IMG/VR virus record: IMGVR_UViG_3300044475_000054
Coordinates: 1 to 64,000 of that record
From: a virus
Taxonomy: Duplodnaviria > Heunggongvirae > Uroviricota > Caudoviricetes
Reading direction: 5' to 3' (one strand)
DNA length: 64,000 nt
Of this stretch, positions 56,170 to 64,000 are shown piece after piece. The notes under the pieces were generated by a model. It saw nothing but the letters and a program-made list of their open reading frames with translations. It had not been told where the DNA came from and did no database searches. A program made the translations under genes and the position numbers. Numbering within the stretch: the stretch's first letter is position 1; each line of letters opens with the position of its first letter.

Positions 56170-56786
56170 TGCCAACACCAATAGTAGAAACACTACCAAC
56201 CTCCCCTGCTAGATTGAGCAGACCAAATAACTTCGTAACAGAATCGGCAGTATTCTTAGAAGCTCTTCCAGTATTTAGAACACAAGTGAATCAGGTAAGC
56301 TCTTACATAAACTCAAAGATTCCTAATAAGTGGAACTTTGGTAAGTTGAACGGTATTAGAACTTTCCCTGACATCTCTCAAAGTACCTTAACGGATATTG
56401 AGTATACAGGAGATGGCCTAGATTTCACAAGCTCTTTAGATGCGCTGTATGCAACATTAGAAGATTACAGTAATCGTATTAACCTTGCTGGTGATTGGTT
56501 TGACATTGTATTATCGGAAGTTGGTGAAGCTCCTTACGATTTGGATAGAACTCTAATATCGGGTGTAACTTCAGCTATGCTTCGTTCTCAGGAAAGAGAG
56601 GCTTTTAATAGTACCGCAGCATTGTTTAGTGAGACAGCAGTAGATAATATTAATTCCTTGTATCAAAGTATTTGGTATACATACAACACAAGTGCGGGTA
56701 ATCGTAGTTTCGGATCAATAACAGATTCAACAATTATAACAACTATAAATGGTGGAAGTATTACTGATACCAACTTAACTTACTAA
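56169..56786 (+). CDS. tail tip protein (putative); start at ATG 56169 behind gagggg
   Basis: ATGA-type coupling with the upstream gene. The track start 56139 is 30 nt upstream. Confidence 0.4.
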   Translation: MPTPIVETLPTSPARLSRPNNFVTESAVFLEALPVFRTQVNQVSSYINSKIPNKWNFGKLNGIRTFPDISQSTLTDIEYTGDGLDFTSSLDALYATLEDYSNRINLAGDWFDIVLSEVGEAPYDLDRTLISGVTSAMLRSQEREAFNSTAALFSETAVDNINSLYQSIWYTYNTSAGNRSFGSITDSTIITTINGGSITDTNLTY

Positions 56787-56811
56787 TGAGGGTGCTTTGC
56801 ATAAATAAGAT

Positions 56812-57402
56812 ATGGCAATACAAATACAATTAAGACAGGGAACAACAACGGAGCACAATACGTTTACAGGTGTAGTTGGCGAAGTTACTGTTGATACAAC
56901 AAAAGATGTTATTGTTGTTCATGATGGTGTTACAGCAGGAGGACACCCTGTAGCAGCTAGAGCAAATGCTGATGGAACGATTGCATTAATTAAGAAAGAT
57001 GGAACATCTGCTGGTTCAATTAACTCAGTAGGATTGTTTAACAATACATTAACATCTACAAACACAAACCAAGCTCTTACTGCTGCACAAGGTAAAGTTT
57101 TAAAGGACACTTTAAACACTGCGTTCGGTATTGGTCAAAACTATACAGATGTTACAGGGTCAAGATCATTTAGTACAACATATACAAACAGTACGGCACG
57201 AATGATTTTTGTCCTCATCTCAACAGCATATACTTCTGATGTGTCTAGTATGACTATTACTGTAGCAGGGAATGCTATACTACCCATACAGAATGATGCC
57301 GATGGTAGTGTTAACATTTGGACAGTGTTTCCTGTCCCTGCTGGAAATACATACAACGTAACATGTAACCGAGGGTTGCAATCTTGGTGGGAGGTTAGAT
57401 AA
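56812..57402 (+). CDS. tail fiber-associated protein (putative)
   Basis: Thr/Gly/Asn-rich 196 aa. Confidence 0.4.
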   Translation: MAIQIQLRQGTTTEHNTFTGVVGEVTVDTTKDVIVVHDGVTAGGHPVAARANADGTIALIKKDGTSAGSINSVGLFNNTLTSTNTNQALTAAQGKVLKDTLNTAFGIGQNYTDVTGSRSFSTTYTNSTARMIFVLISTAYTSDVSSMTITVAGNAILPIQNDADGSVNIWTVFPVPAGNTYNVTCNRGLQSWWEVR

Positions 57403-57812
57403 TGAAATATTATAAATTAAATAACGAAGTGTTTGCCTTTGAACTAGATGGTAGTCAAGATGAACTTATTACAAAAGACATGATTAAGATGTCTGATGAT
57501 GAAGTTGATCGTCACATCAACCCTTACAAATATTTATCAGCTTCTCAGCAATACCAACTATACCTCTCTTCATTAAGACCGTTATCTCGTAAACAATTTA
57601 AACTTGTTTTACTAGATTCAGGTTTATTAGATGATTTAGAGTTATCTATTTCTAATATTGAAAACACATTAGAAAAGAAACGTATTGAGATTGAGTACAC
57701 AGAGTCAACAGAGTTTGTGCGTACATCAGAAAGTGTTAAGACAATGTTTACTTTAATTAATCAAACAGAAGAACAGATCAACGAATTGTGGGAGAAAGCT
57801 CTTGCATTATAA
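57402..57812 (+). CDS. tail fiber assembly-like protein (putative)
   Basis: ATGA overlap with the upstream gene. 136 aa. Confidence 0.35.
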   Translation: MKYYKLNNEVFAFELDGSQDELITKDMIKMSDDEVDRHINPYKYLSASQQYQLYLSSLRPLSRKQFKLVLLDSGLLDDLELSISNIENTLEKKRIEIEYTESTEFVRTSESVKTMFTLINQTEEQINELWEKALAL

Positions 57813-57834
57813 TTTTATTATTTTGGGGTGAGGT

Positions 57835-58137
57835 ATGCAAGAGAATTTACATGAGATGTGGCAAGCTATTTTAAACTATTGGTTCTTAATTGCAGCTATC
57901 ACAACAACGTTTATCATGGCGCTAATTCGCACAGCGAAGAAGAACGGTAAAATTGATTACCTAGAATCGATAATGTGCGCCCTTTTTACGTACGGTGTTT
58001 GGTTCGTCCTAACTTGGTTGAACCTCCCAGAAGGCATTGGTGTACTTATCGGTGGTCTGATCGGGTACTCTGGAACGCATGTAACAAGTAAGTGGTTGTA
58101 TAAAAAACTTGGTATTGATTTAGAAGAAAAAGAATAA
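57835..58137 (+). CDS. holin-like membrane protein (3 predicted TM helices, charged C-terminus)
   Basis: YWFLIAAITTTFIMALI, IMCALFTYGVWFVLTWL, GIGVLIGGLIGYSG, then KKLGIDLEEKE. RBS tggggtgaggtATG. Confidence 0.4.
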   Translation: MQENLHEMWQAILNYWFLIAAITTTFIMALIRTAKKNGKIDYLESIMCALFTYGVWFVLTWLNLPEGIGVLIGGLIGYSGTHVTSKWLYKKLGIDLEEKE

Positions 58138-58152
58138 TAGAGGAATAATCAA

Positions 58153-58500
58153 ATGTCTTGCACAACAAACAATAAACCTTATTTTAAGATTGGTGATTCA
58201 TTTGATGTCCCTATTCAGATGATTGATGCAACAACAGGTGACGCTGTTGAAATTACAGCAGGAATGACTTTTACAAGTAATATTGTAAACTTAACAGGAG
58301 AGGTTATTGCTTCTCCTACTATCACCCCTTATTCAGATCAAGTTATCAATAAAGGTTACTTACTTCTTAGTGTTCCAACAAGTGTAACATCTACTTGGGA
58401 AGTTGGTAAAGTTAAAACTGATATAAAAATGGAAATCAGTGGTTCTGTTAGACACTCTCAAGAGTTCTCATTTTATATTACGGAGGCTATTACACCATGA
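58153..58500 (+). CDS. hypothetical tail-module protein
   Basis: RBS tagaggaataatcaaATG. Confidence 0.45.
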   Translation: MSCTTNNKPYFKIGDSFDVPIQMIDATTGDAVEITAGMTFTSNIVNLTGEVIASPTITPYSDQVINKGYLLLSVPTSVTSTWEVGKVKTDIKMEISGSVRHSQEFSFYITEAITP

Positions 58501-60005
58501 ATTTAGCTTTCAAAGTGTATTGGAACAACCCTATTGAGATGTCTACACAAGCATCTCTACAACCTTTAGTGTTTGAAGTTCCTCTGGGGGCAATGATTGT
58601 AGATATTGCCAATATAGAGAATTACTACACAAAAACAGAGACAGAAGCTTACGCTGACAATAAAGTACAACAAACAGTAGTCAACGGTGTGACAGATTCA
58701 GCGCCAAGTCAGGATGCTGTGTACGACAGATTGCAAGTTAAACAGAATCTACCAACAGGTTATCTTACTGGTTGGCAATTGAGTATAAACACTTTAGATA
58801 ATACTAAGTTCGATATATCTGCGGGTAGCGGTATCGTCACAGACTTTACTGATCTAACAGGAATACAACCTGAGGTTAAACAAACGTTATCTCCGTTTGT
58901 TGGGTTATCACCTCAGTTCTTATTAACACATCCAGCAAGTTATATTGCTTTTGATAAAGATTTAAATGTTGTTCAATCTAGCTCTCCATTCACTAATGAA
59001 GACAGACGAACACTGATGATCTTAGGAAGTGTGATTCATTCTAACAATATTAATATCAACGTTACGAATGAAATCAAAGCTCCTATCGTAGCTCCAACAA
59101 ATCAATTACACGACTTCATGTTAGCTATTGGGGCTTTAAATCTAATTGGAAATGAGATTGTTCCAAATGGTAGTAACTTATCTATAAACATTACTGCTGG
59201 TACAGTGTGGAAGATGGGTATTAGTGCAAGTAATCAATTAAACCCACACCAATTAAACTTCCCACTACGTACAGCTCCACTGTTTACTTATCGTTTACGT
59301 AACAGTACAGAGTATGTTGCTTCAACCTTATTAGACCCAACACACTACGATTTAAATGGTGTTAGAACAACTTTATCGAATAATAATAGATGGTCAATAC
59401 AACGTTTCTATTTATTCCAATCGGGGTTAGTTAGAGCGCAGTATGGTCAAGCTGAATATTCATCATACCAGAATGCTTTGAATGCTTTATTATCCGAACC
59501 ATTCGCAACAGAACAGAATATTAAAGACAATGGTTTATTGATTGCTCGTGTGGTTATGAAGAAGACTTGTGTTGATTTACAAGCTGATATTTCATTAGGT
59601 ATTGCATCCATACATATTGCAGATAAGTTTGGTAATACAAATGCAATCTCTGCTGTTACTGCTGCATCAATCATTGGAGCTTTAGGTTATACACCAGCAA
59701 GTACACGTAAAACAGTAAATAATCAAGCTGTTAGTTACACATTACAACTTACAGATGCAGCTAACGTAGTACGTACAACAGGAGCAGGAGCTACAAACAT
59801 CACAGTTCCAAATAGTACGACAGTTGCTTTTACCCCACAAGATCGGATTGAGTTGCAATACTACGGTACAGGACAACCAACTGTAGTTCCAGCATCAGGA
59901 GTAGCTATTCGAGTAGTTGGTGGAGGTAGTTTAGCTCTAACACCTCAGTACAGTAGAGTTACTCTTGAGTATGTTGGAAGCAATGAATGGATAATGTTTA
60001 AATAA
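58497..60005 (+). CDS. tail fiber / receptor-binding protein (putative)
   Basis: 502 aa, Asn/Thr/Ser-rich, ATGA-coupled. Last structural gene before the lysis genes. Confidence 0.45.
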   Translation: MNLAFKVYWNNPIEMSTQASLQPLVFEVPLGAMIVDIANIENYYTKTETEAYADNKVQQTVVNGVTDSAPSQDAVYDRLQVKQNLPTGYLTGWQLSINTLDNTKFDISAGSGIVTDFTDLTGIQPEVKQTLSPFVGLSPQFLLTHPASYIAFDKDLNVVQSSSPFTNEDRRTLMILGSVIHSNNININVTNEIKAPIVAPTNQLHDFMLAIGALNLIGNEIVPNGSNLSINITAGTVWKMGISASNQLNPHQLNFPLRTAPLFTYRLRNSTEYVASTLLDPTHYDLNGVRTTLSNNNRWSIQRFYLFQSGLVRAQYGQAEYSSYQNALNALLSEPFATEQNIKDNGLLIARVVMKKTCVDLQADISLGIASIHIADKFGNTNAISAVTAASIIGALGYTPASTRKTVNNQAVSYTLQLTDAANVVRTTGAGATNITVPNSTTVAFTPQDRIELQYYGTGQPTVVPASGVAIRVVGGGSLALTPQYSRVTLEYVGSNEWIMFK

Positions 60006-60022
60006 ATTTAGAGGAAATTAAA

Positions 60023-60586
60023 ATGACAAATAAAACTTATATTATTACAAATACAGCGGGACATTCTGAGAAAGATAGTGGCGCTGTTACTAAGAAAGAC
60101 GGTAAGTTGATTAAAGAGGCAGATTTAGCTGTTAAGTTCCGTAACGCTATTCTGCATTACCTACAACAAGATAAGAGCATTATCACTCGTACAGACGGTT
60201 ATGGTACAACTAACCTAAGTCTTAATGAAGCTGCTAAATTGATTGATGGTGCTGACCTGAGTATTGAATGGCACTTGAATGCGTCTAGTAATTCATCCGC
60301 TACTGGCGTAGAGACAATCGCTTTGCCTAAAGATAAGGTATTAGCTCAGAAGATTTCTGCTGTTGTTGCTGAAGCTTTCGGTTTGAAGTTAAGAGGACGT
60401 GACGGGTGGATAGATCAATCTGAATCTGCTCGTGGTAAATTACTATTTGTTAGTAAAGGTGGATTAATTGGAGAGCTTGGGTTTATCAGTTCAATTAAAG
60501 ACCTAGAAGCTTTTGAAGCTCGTTACTGGGTTGCAGCTAAAGCTGTAGCAGAAGTAATGATTGACTACGTTAAGAATAAGAAGTAA
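60023..60586 (+). CDS. endolysin, N-acetylmuramoyl-L-alanine amidase (Amidase_3 family)
   Basis: Amidase_3 pattern: ITNTAGHSEKDSGAV, SIEWHLNAS, GVETIALP, LLFVSKGGLIGELGFISS. RBS ttagaggaaattaaaATG. Confidence 0.7.
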   Translation: MTNKTYIITNTAGHSEKDSGAVTKKDGKLIKEADLAVKFRNAILHYLQQDKSIITRTDGYGTTNLSLNEAAKLIDGADLSIEWHLNASSNSSATGVETIALPKDKVLAQKISAVVAEAFGLKLRGRDGWIDQSESARGKLLFVSKGGLIGELGFISSIKDLEAFEARYWVAAKAVAEVMIDYVKNKK

Positions 60587-60604
60587 TTGATAAAGGGAAT
60601 AACT

Positions 60605-61171
60605 ATGAATGTATTACTTATACTGAGTGCGTTAAAGAAAGGATGGAGCTACACAAAAGGGTTCTTAGCTTTAGCTTTGAAATACTGGTACATTGTAGTT
60701 ATCATCCTTATGCTTATTATTAACAGTTCTCTTAGAAATGATATTGTTGATTTAAATAAAGAGAAAGACACATTAAATCAGAATATGGTTGCTTTAGTAC
60801 AGAAGAATAAGACTGACCTACTAGAAGCACAAAAGAAAGCTCAAGAGAAAGAGATTGAGATACTAACTAAACAAAAAGAGGTTGAGGTTAAATACAATGA
60901 ACAAATCAAAGCTCTTAGTAATGATGTTGCTATTGCTCGTAATTCCGCTAACAGCTTGCAACAAAAACTTAACACAAACGCAAGTAAATTCAACACCCTT
61001 ACCTACAACCAAGCTGTTGCCTACAACAACACAATCTCAAAGTTATTCTCAGAGAGTATCGAAGAATATCGAGAAATGGGAAGTAGAGCTGATGAGCATC
61101 GATTAGCAGAAGAAAGGTGCATTGGTTTGTACAATTCCCTTGTAGATAGCAATACAGAAGTAAAAGAATAA
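60605..61171 (+). CDS. i-spanin (Rz-like): N-terminal TM, periplasmic coiled coil
   Basis: TM YWYIVVIILMLIINSSL followed by coiled-coil. Immediately downstream of the endolysin. RBS aagggaataactATG at 60605. Confidence 0.55.
   Translation: MNVLLILSALKKGWSYTKGFLALALKYWYIVVIILMLIINSSLRNDIVDLNKEKDTLNQNMVALVQKNKTDLLEAQKKAQEKEIEILTKQKEVEVKYNEQIKALSNDVAIARNSANSLQQKLNTNASKFNTLTYNQAVAYNNTISKLFSESIEEYREMGSRADEHRLAEERCIGLYNSLVDSNTEVKE
60897..61106 (+). CDS. o-spanin (Rz1-like) lipoprotein embedded in the +1 frame of the i-spanin gene
   Basis: MNKSKLLVMMLLLLVIPLTAC lipobox, then a Pro/Thr/Gln-rich mature part. Wholly inside 60605-61171 in another frame. RBS gaggttaaatacaATG. Confidence 0.55.
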   Translation: MNKSKLLVMMLLLLVIPLTACNKNLTQTQVNSTPLPTTKLLPTTTQSQSYSQRVSKNIEKWEVELMSID

Positions 61172-61200
61172 ATAAAGCATTATAATAAGAATAAAATAAA

Positions 61201-61224
61201 AGGAGACTACCCGAAAGTAATCTC
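61201..61224 (-). terminator. terminator hairpin ggaga-ctacccgaaagtaa-tctcc (T-run on the minus strand)
   Basis: On the reverse complement the stem is followed by ttttattttatt. Confidence 0.45.
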
Positions 61225-61282
61225 CTCAATAGTCTTATGACTAATTCCCTCAAGCTGATAATCGAAAGATTGTCGGCTATTT

Positions 61283-61546
61283 TTATGCCCTTTTTCTAAC
61301 CACGTTTTCAAGGTAGAACTCTTTAAATGTTTCGTAGTCATCCCACTTAAAACCAACACCTTCAGTTTCTCCTATAACGTAGTCAAACAATCTATCTAAA
61401 GCAACCAAATAGTTGTAATCAGACATTTCACCATAACAATCATGATCTACTCGTGTTCGCCATTCACTTTCAATTATTCCAACTAACAGTTTCTCTAAAA
61501 CAACCTTGTGGTCAAGTTCATCAAAATACTGTGGTAAACTATTCAT
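61283..61546 (-). CDS. hypothetical protein
   Basis: RBS aaggagaaagggtATG (minus). Confidence 0.5.
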   Translation of the reverse strand: MNSLPQYFDELDHKVVLEKLLVGIIESEWRTRVDHDCYGEMSDYNYLVALDRLFDYVIGETEGVGFKWDDYETFKEFYLENVVRKRA

Positions 61547-61673
61547 ACCCTTTCTCCTTATCTAATTGATCTTCATTCTCTACATCATCCTTTGGTGGTG
61601 GACACAAGTAAGCATATAGCTTCCCACAAACAACAATTAACCAACCCATTAAATATTCAAATACACCAAACAT
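61539..61673 (-). CDS. small hydrophobic protein (44 aa), not in the ORF track
   Basis: RBS cgaggagggaaaagATG. Reads MFGVFEYLMGWLIVVCGKLYAYLCPPPKDD... Confidence 0.35.
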   Translation of the reverse strand: MFGVFEYLMGWLIVVCGKLYAYLCPPPKDDVENEDQLDKEKGYE

Positions 61674-61703
61674 CTTTTCCCTCCTCGTTGTTAAAATTCC
61701 TAT

Positions 61704-61907
61704 TTATCCCATATTAGCTTTAGCTTCACCAATCTCAGCTAAGATACCTAGAATTTCATCTTTAATATCTTTAACTTCTTGTTGGTGTTTACCTAAGTCT
61801 ACTTCAAACACCTCTTTATCTAAGTTAGTTTTATGTAATAACTTATTCAAGTTGTGTAACTTCTCGTGTAATCGAAGTAACTTGTGTGTTTCATCTACAG
61901 TGAACAT
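61704..61907 (-). CDS. hypothetical coiled-coil protein
   Basis: RBS aaggagaagtaATG. Confidence 0.45.
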   Translation of the reverse strand: MFTVDETHKLLRLHEKLHNLNKLLHKTNLDKEVFEVDLGKHQQEVKDIKDEILGILAEIGEAKANMG

Positions 61908-61916
61908 TACTTCTCC

Positions 61917-62261
61917 TTAATAATTTAAAATCCAATAACTATTCACTTCAATATCACCTTTACTAAGTTTGACTAGCTCATTGTAAGAGGTTAGAGACAA
62001 GTGTACCTCACCGTTCTGTTTAATACAATCTTTCAATTGGTTAATAAACTCTTTAACAGAACGTCTATGTTGATATAGAAAGTTAGCTACAGGGAAAGAC
62101 TTAGTTGTCTTAACAAACCAAAACTTCTTCCATGACCAATTGTATTGAGTCTCTTCAACTTTATCCATATCATCTAAAGATAATTTCTCAATAATACTTA
62201 AACACTTGTCCAACATTGCGTGAGAATCTTCTGTATCTTTAATTAGTACATTACCTTTCAT
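61917..62261 (-). CDS. hypothetical protein
   Basis: RBS aaggagtaggtATG. Confidence 0.5.
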   Translation of the reverse strand: MKGNVLIKDTEDSHAMLDKCLSIIEKLSLDDMDKVEETQYNWSWKKFWFVKTTKSFPVANFLYQHRRSVKEFINQLKDCIKQNGEVHLSLTSYNELVKLSKGDIEVNSYWILNY

Positions 62262-62263
62262 AC

Positions 62264-62482
62264 CTACTCCTTATTTAATGATCTAAACAGCTTTCTAATA
62301 CAATACCCTCTAATATACGATGTAACAAAGAAGATAGTTTGTAATGCAACACTCTCTATGAAAGGTAATCCCCATAATGTTAGGATAATAAAAGCAACAA
62401 CCAATCCTACAACATTTTGTGTTAATGTTTCAAGGTGAATCATCCTTTCTTTACTATTTAGTATTTCCTCTATGAAGGTCAT
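62264..62482 (-). CDS. small membrane protein
   Basis: Hydrophobic core LVVAFIILTLWGLPFIESVALQTIFFV. RBS aaaggagaagtattATG. Confidence 0.45.
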   Translation of the reverse strand: MTFIEEILNSKERMIHLETLTQNVVGLVVAFIILTLWGLPFIESVALQTIFFVTSYIRGYCIRKLFRSLNKE

Positions 62483-62496
62483 AATACTTCTCCTTT

Positions 62497-62832
62497 TTAC
62501 AACCTATACCCTACTGCGATTTCTTCGTCTGTGGCGTGCTTTATATATTTAAGATAAGTCCAGCCCCAACCAAGAATATAAATATCATCACTATCTTCTA
62601 CAAGTTTTCTCACCTCATGGATTAATGGTGATCCACTAAATAGAACCTTATCCCCATCCTCAAAAATATTATTTGCGCGGCGGTATTCTAAAAGGTTGCT
62701 TTCAAGGTCATCTGCGATAGGTTTAACAAAATTCCCAGAATTCTTCAAAATTTCTAATTCAACTTTAGCCTTCTCATACCCACCTAACTGTTCAATCAAA
62801 TTCATCAATTCTCTCCTAATACTTCCATCCAC
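62497..62832 (-). CDS. hypothetical protein
   Basis: ORF in the leftward block. Confidence 0.45.
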   Translation of the reverse strand: MDGSIRRELMNLIEQLGGYEKAKVELEILKNSGNFVKPIADDLESNLLEYRRANNIFEDGDKVLFSGSPLIHEVRKLVEDSDDIYILGWGWTYLKYIKHATDEEIAVGYRL

Positions 62833-63077
62833 AAATACAAACTCTCTTTCATCTCCTCAACGGCTAATAAAGTCTGTACAGGGTTAAGAGCGTGATATTG
62901 GTGTTCTAACATCTCTAAATGTGTCATGTACCCAAGTTGTTCAATACTAATATAATGCCCTATATGAATCTCTTTGTAATCTTTACAGTTATCATATAAA
63001 TGAACAGTGAATGGATAATGTTGTTCTTTGTTGTAGAACACTTGTGCTGTGTAATCTAATAGTTTAAATGTTTTCAT
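62805..63077 (-). CDS. hypothetical protein
   Basis: RBS taaggagtgacatATG. Confidence 0.45.
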   Translation of the reverse strand: MKTFKLLDYTAQVFYNKEQHYPFTVHLYDNCKDYKEIHIGHYISIEQLGYMTHLEMLEHQYHALNPVQTLLAVEEMKESLYLWMEVLGEN

Positions 63078-63080
63078 ATG

Positions 63081-63323
63081 TCACTCCTTATCAAATACTA
63101 AACTTTCAATTTTATCAACAAATCTTAACACACAATCTTTGTCACCTTCAACAATTATATGCTGTTCAAAATCAGAGTTAATGGCTAAACAAAAACATTC
63201 TGATTTATATTCCTGATAAATCTCACCAAAGTTAACTTGTTTGTTGTTGATGTCTAGTATCTCTACAACGTGTTCTTTCATATCACACCTCACTACGTAA
63301 AGACTTAACCACTTGTACAACAT
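63081..63323 (-). CDS. hypothetical protein
   Basis: ORF. Confidence 0.45.
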   Translation of the reverse strand: MLYKWLSLYVVRCDMKEHVVEILDINNKQVNFGEIYQEYKSECFCLAINSDFEQHIIVEGDKDCVLRFVDKIESLVFDKE

Positions 63324-63591
63324 TATCGTGTAATAAACTAATGTAAGTTTCTACACTGTTTACGAGCGATTCTAGCGTTGTTTGTTCAGAGATACTTAGT
63401 TGTATCTGTTTATTGATTAAAGCCTTTAATAAGGCTTCTACAGAGCTGTAATAACCGATTACAGAGTAATACTCCTTCCCAAAGTTCTTTGTACCTTCCT
63501 TCTGATTTACTTTACGTTCATGTAGCATGATATTTAAATCATCACAACTAATTGCGTAATCTTCGTTTAGTTGAATCATTTGTTTAGACAT
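63283..63591 (-). CDS. hypothetical protein
   Basis: RBS aggagaaagcaATG. Confidence 0.45.
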   Translation of the reverse strand: MSKQMIQLNEDYAISCDDLNIMLHERKVNQKEGTKNFGKEYYSVIGYYSSVEALLKALINKQIQLSISEQTTLESLVNSVETYISLLHDNVVQVVKSLRSEV

Positions 63592-63832
63592 TGCTTTCTC
63601 CTAGTTCATGTTCTTTAGATGTTAAAGAGTTATCTAATCTATAGTCAATAAGGTCTAAAATACTTTCTAAAGTTTCCTCTACTAATGTAAAGTCAAAAGT
63701 AGAGTGAGCTTCATACTCCGACCACACATACTGACCATAACATTCTTCTCCAATACCCATTACTTGTGAAATTGAATATCCACGATAACATAAGTTCCCA
63801 TTCACGTACTGTAAGTTTCTAACTTTTGACAT
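63584..63832 (-). CDS. hypothetical protein (first gene of the right-hand leftward block)
   Basis: RBS aaaggagatgtgaaATG. Confidence 0.5.
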   Translation of the reverse strand: MSKVRNLQYVNGNLCYRGYSISQVMGIGEECYGQYVWSEYEAHSTFDFTLVEETLESILDLIDYRLDNSLTSKEHELGESNV

Positions 63833-64000
63833 TTCACATCTCCTTTACATCTTTAGTTAATTGTTTCGATAACATATTATTGCTTAACAATAATACTACT
63901 TCACCTTACATCTTCGTGTCAACATATTTAATAAATATTTATTACAGACAATAAAAAGAGACAACTACGAAAGTCATCTCTTTTATTTAATTATTTCTTT

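Overview
This 64 kb window is a contiguous piece of a tailed dsDNA phage genome. It is AT-rich, almost fully coding, and has very short or overlapping intergenic gaps. Five blocks are visible:
(1) 257-21294 (+): about 70 small early ORFs. These include a PspA/IM30-like protein, a secreted SleB-like cell-wall hydrolase, a ThyX-like thymidylate synthase, a dUTPase, and a frameshifted HNH/AP2 homing endonuclease. They are driven by repeated near-consensus ttgaca-N17-taatat promoters.
(2) 21300-23886: an AT-rich iteron-bearing region in front of a 627-aa SF2 helicase-like protein whose motif I is degenerate.
(3) 23935-31957 (-): a leftward operon with a dCMP deaminase, a ClpP-like peptidase, PhoH, an HTH regulator, and many small secreted, lipo- and membrane proteins.
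(4) 31960-35470: a divergent promoter hub with AT-rich repeats, then an accessory island. The island contains a promoter-driven ~850-nt ORF-free structured region (candidate large ncRNA), a zinc-ribbon ORF, and an IS200/IS605-type TnpB gene with a structured right end (candidate omegaRNA). The TnpB RuvC-II glutamate appears to be substituted.
(5) 35473-61171 (+): the structural and lysis module. It runs from a beta-helix tailspike through TerS/TerL, portal, scaffold, decoration protein, a lambda-E-sized major capsid protein, an inserted HNH endonuclease, head-tail connector proteins, the major tail protein, G/GT chaperones with an AAAUUUC -1 slippery site, a 1969-aa tape measure, tail tip and fiber proteins, a holin-like protein, an Amidase_3 endolysin, and an i-spanin with an embedded o-spanin. 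The spanins imply a Gram-negative host.
A rightmost leftward block (61283-63832, -) holds small unknown genes.
No rRNA or CRISPR array is present. One tRNA-like T-arm sits inside the structured region, but no full cloverleaf could be built.
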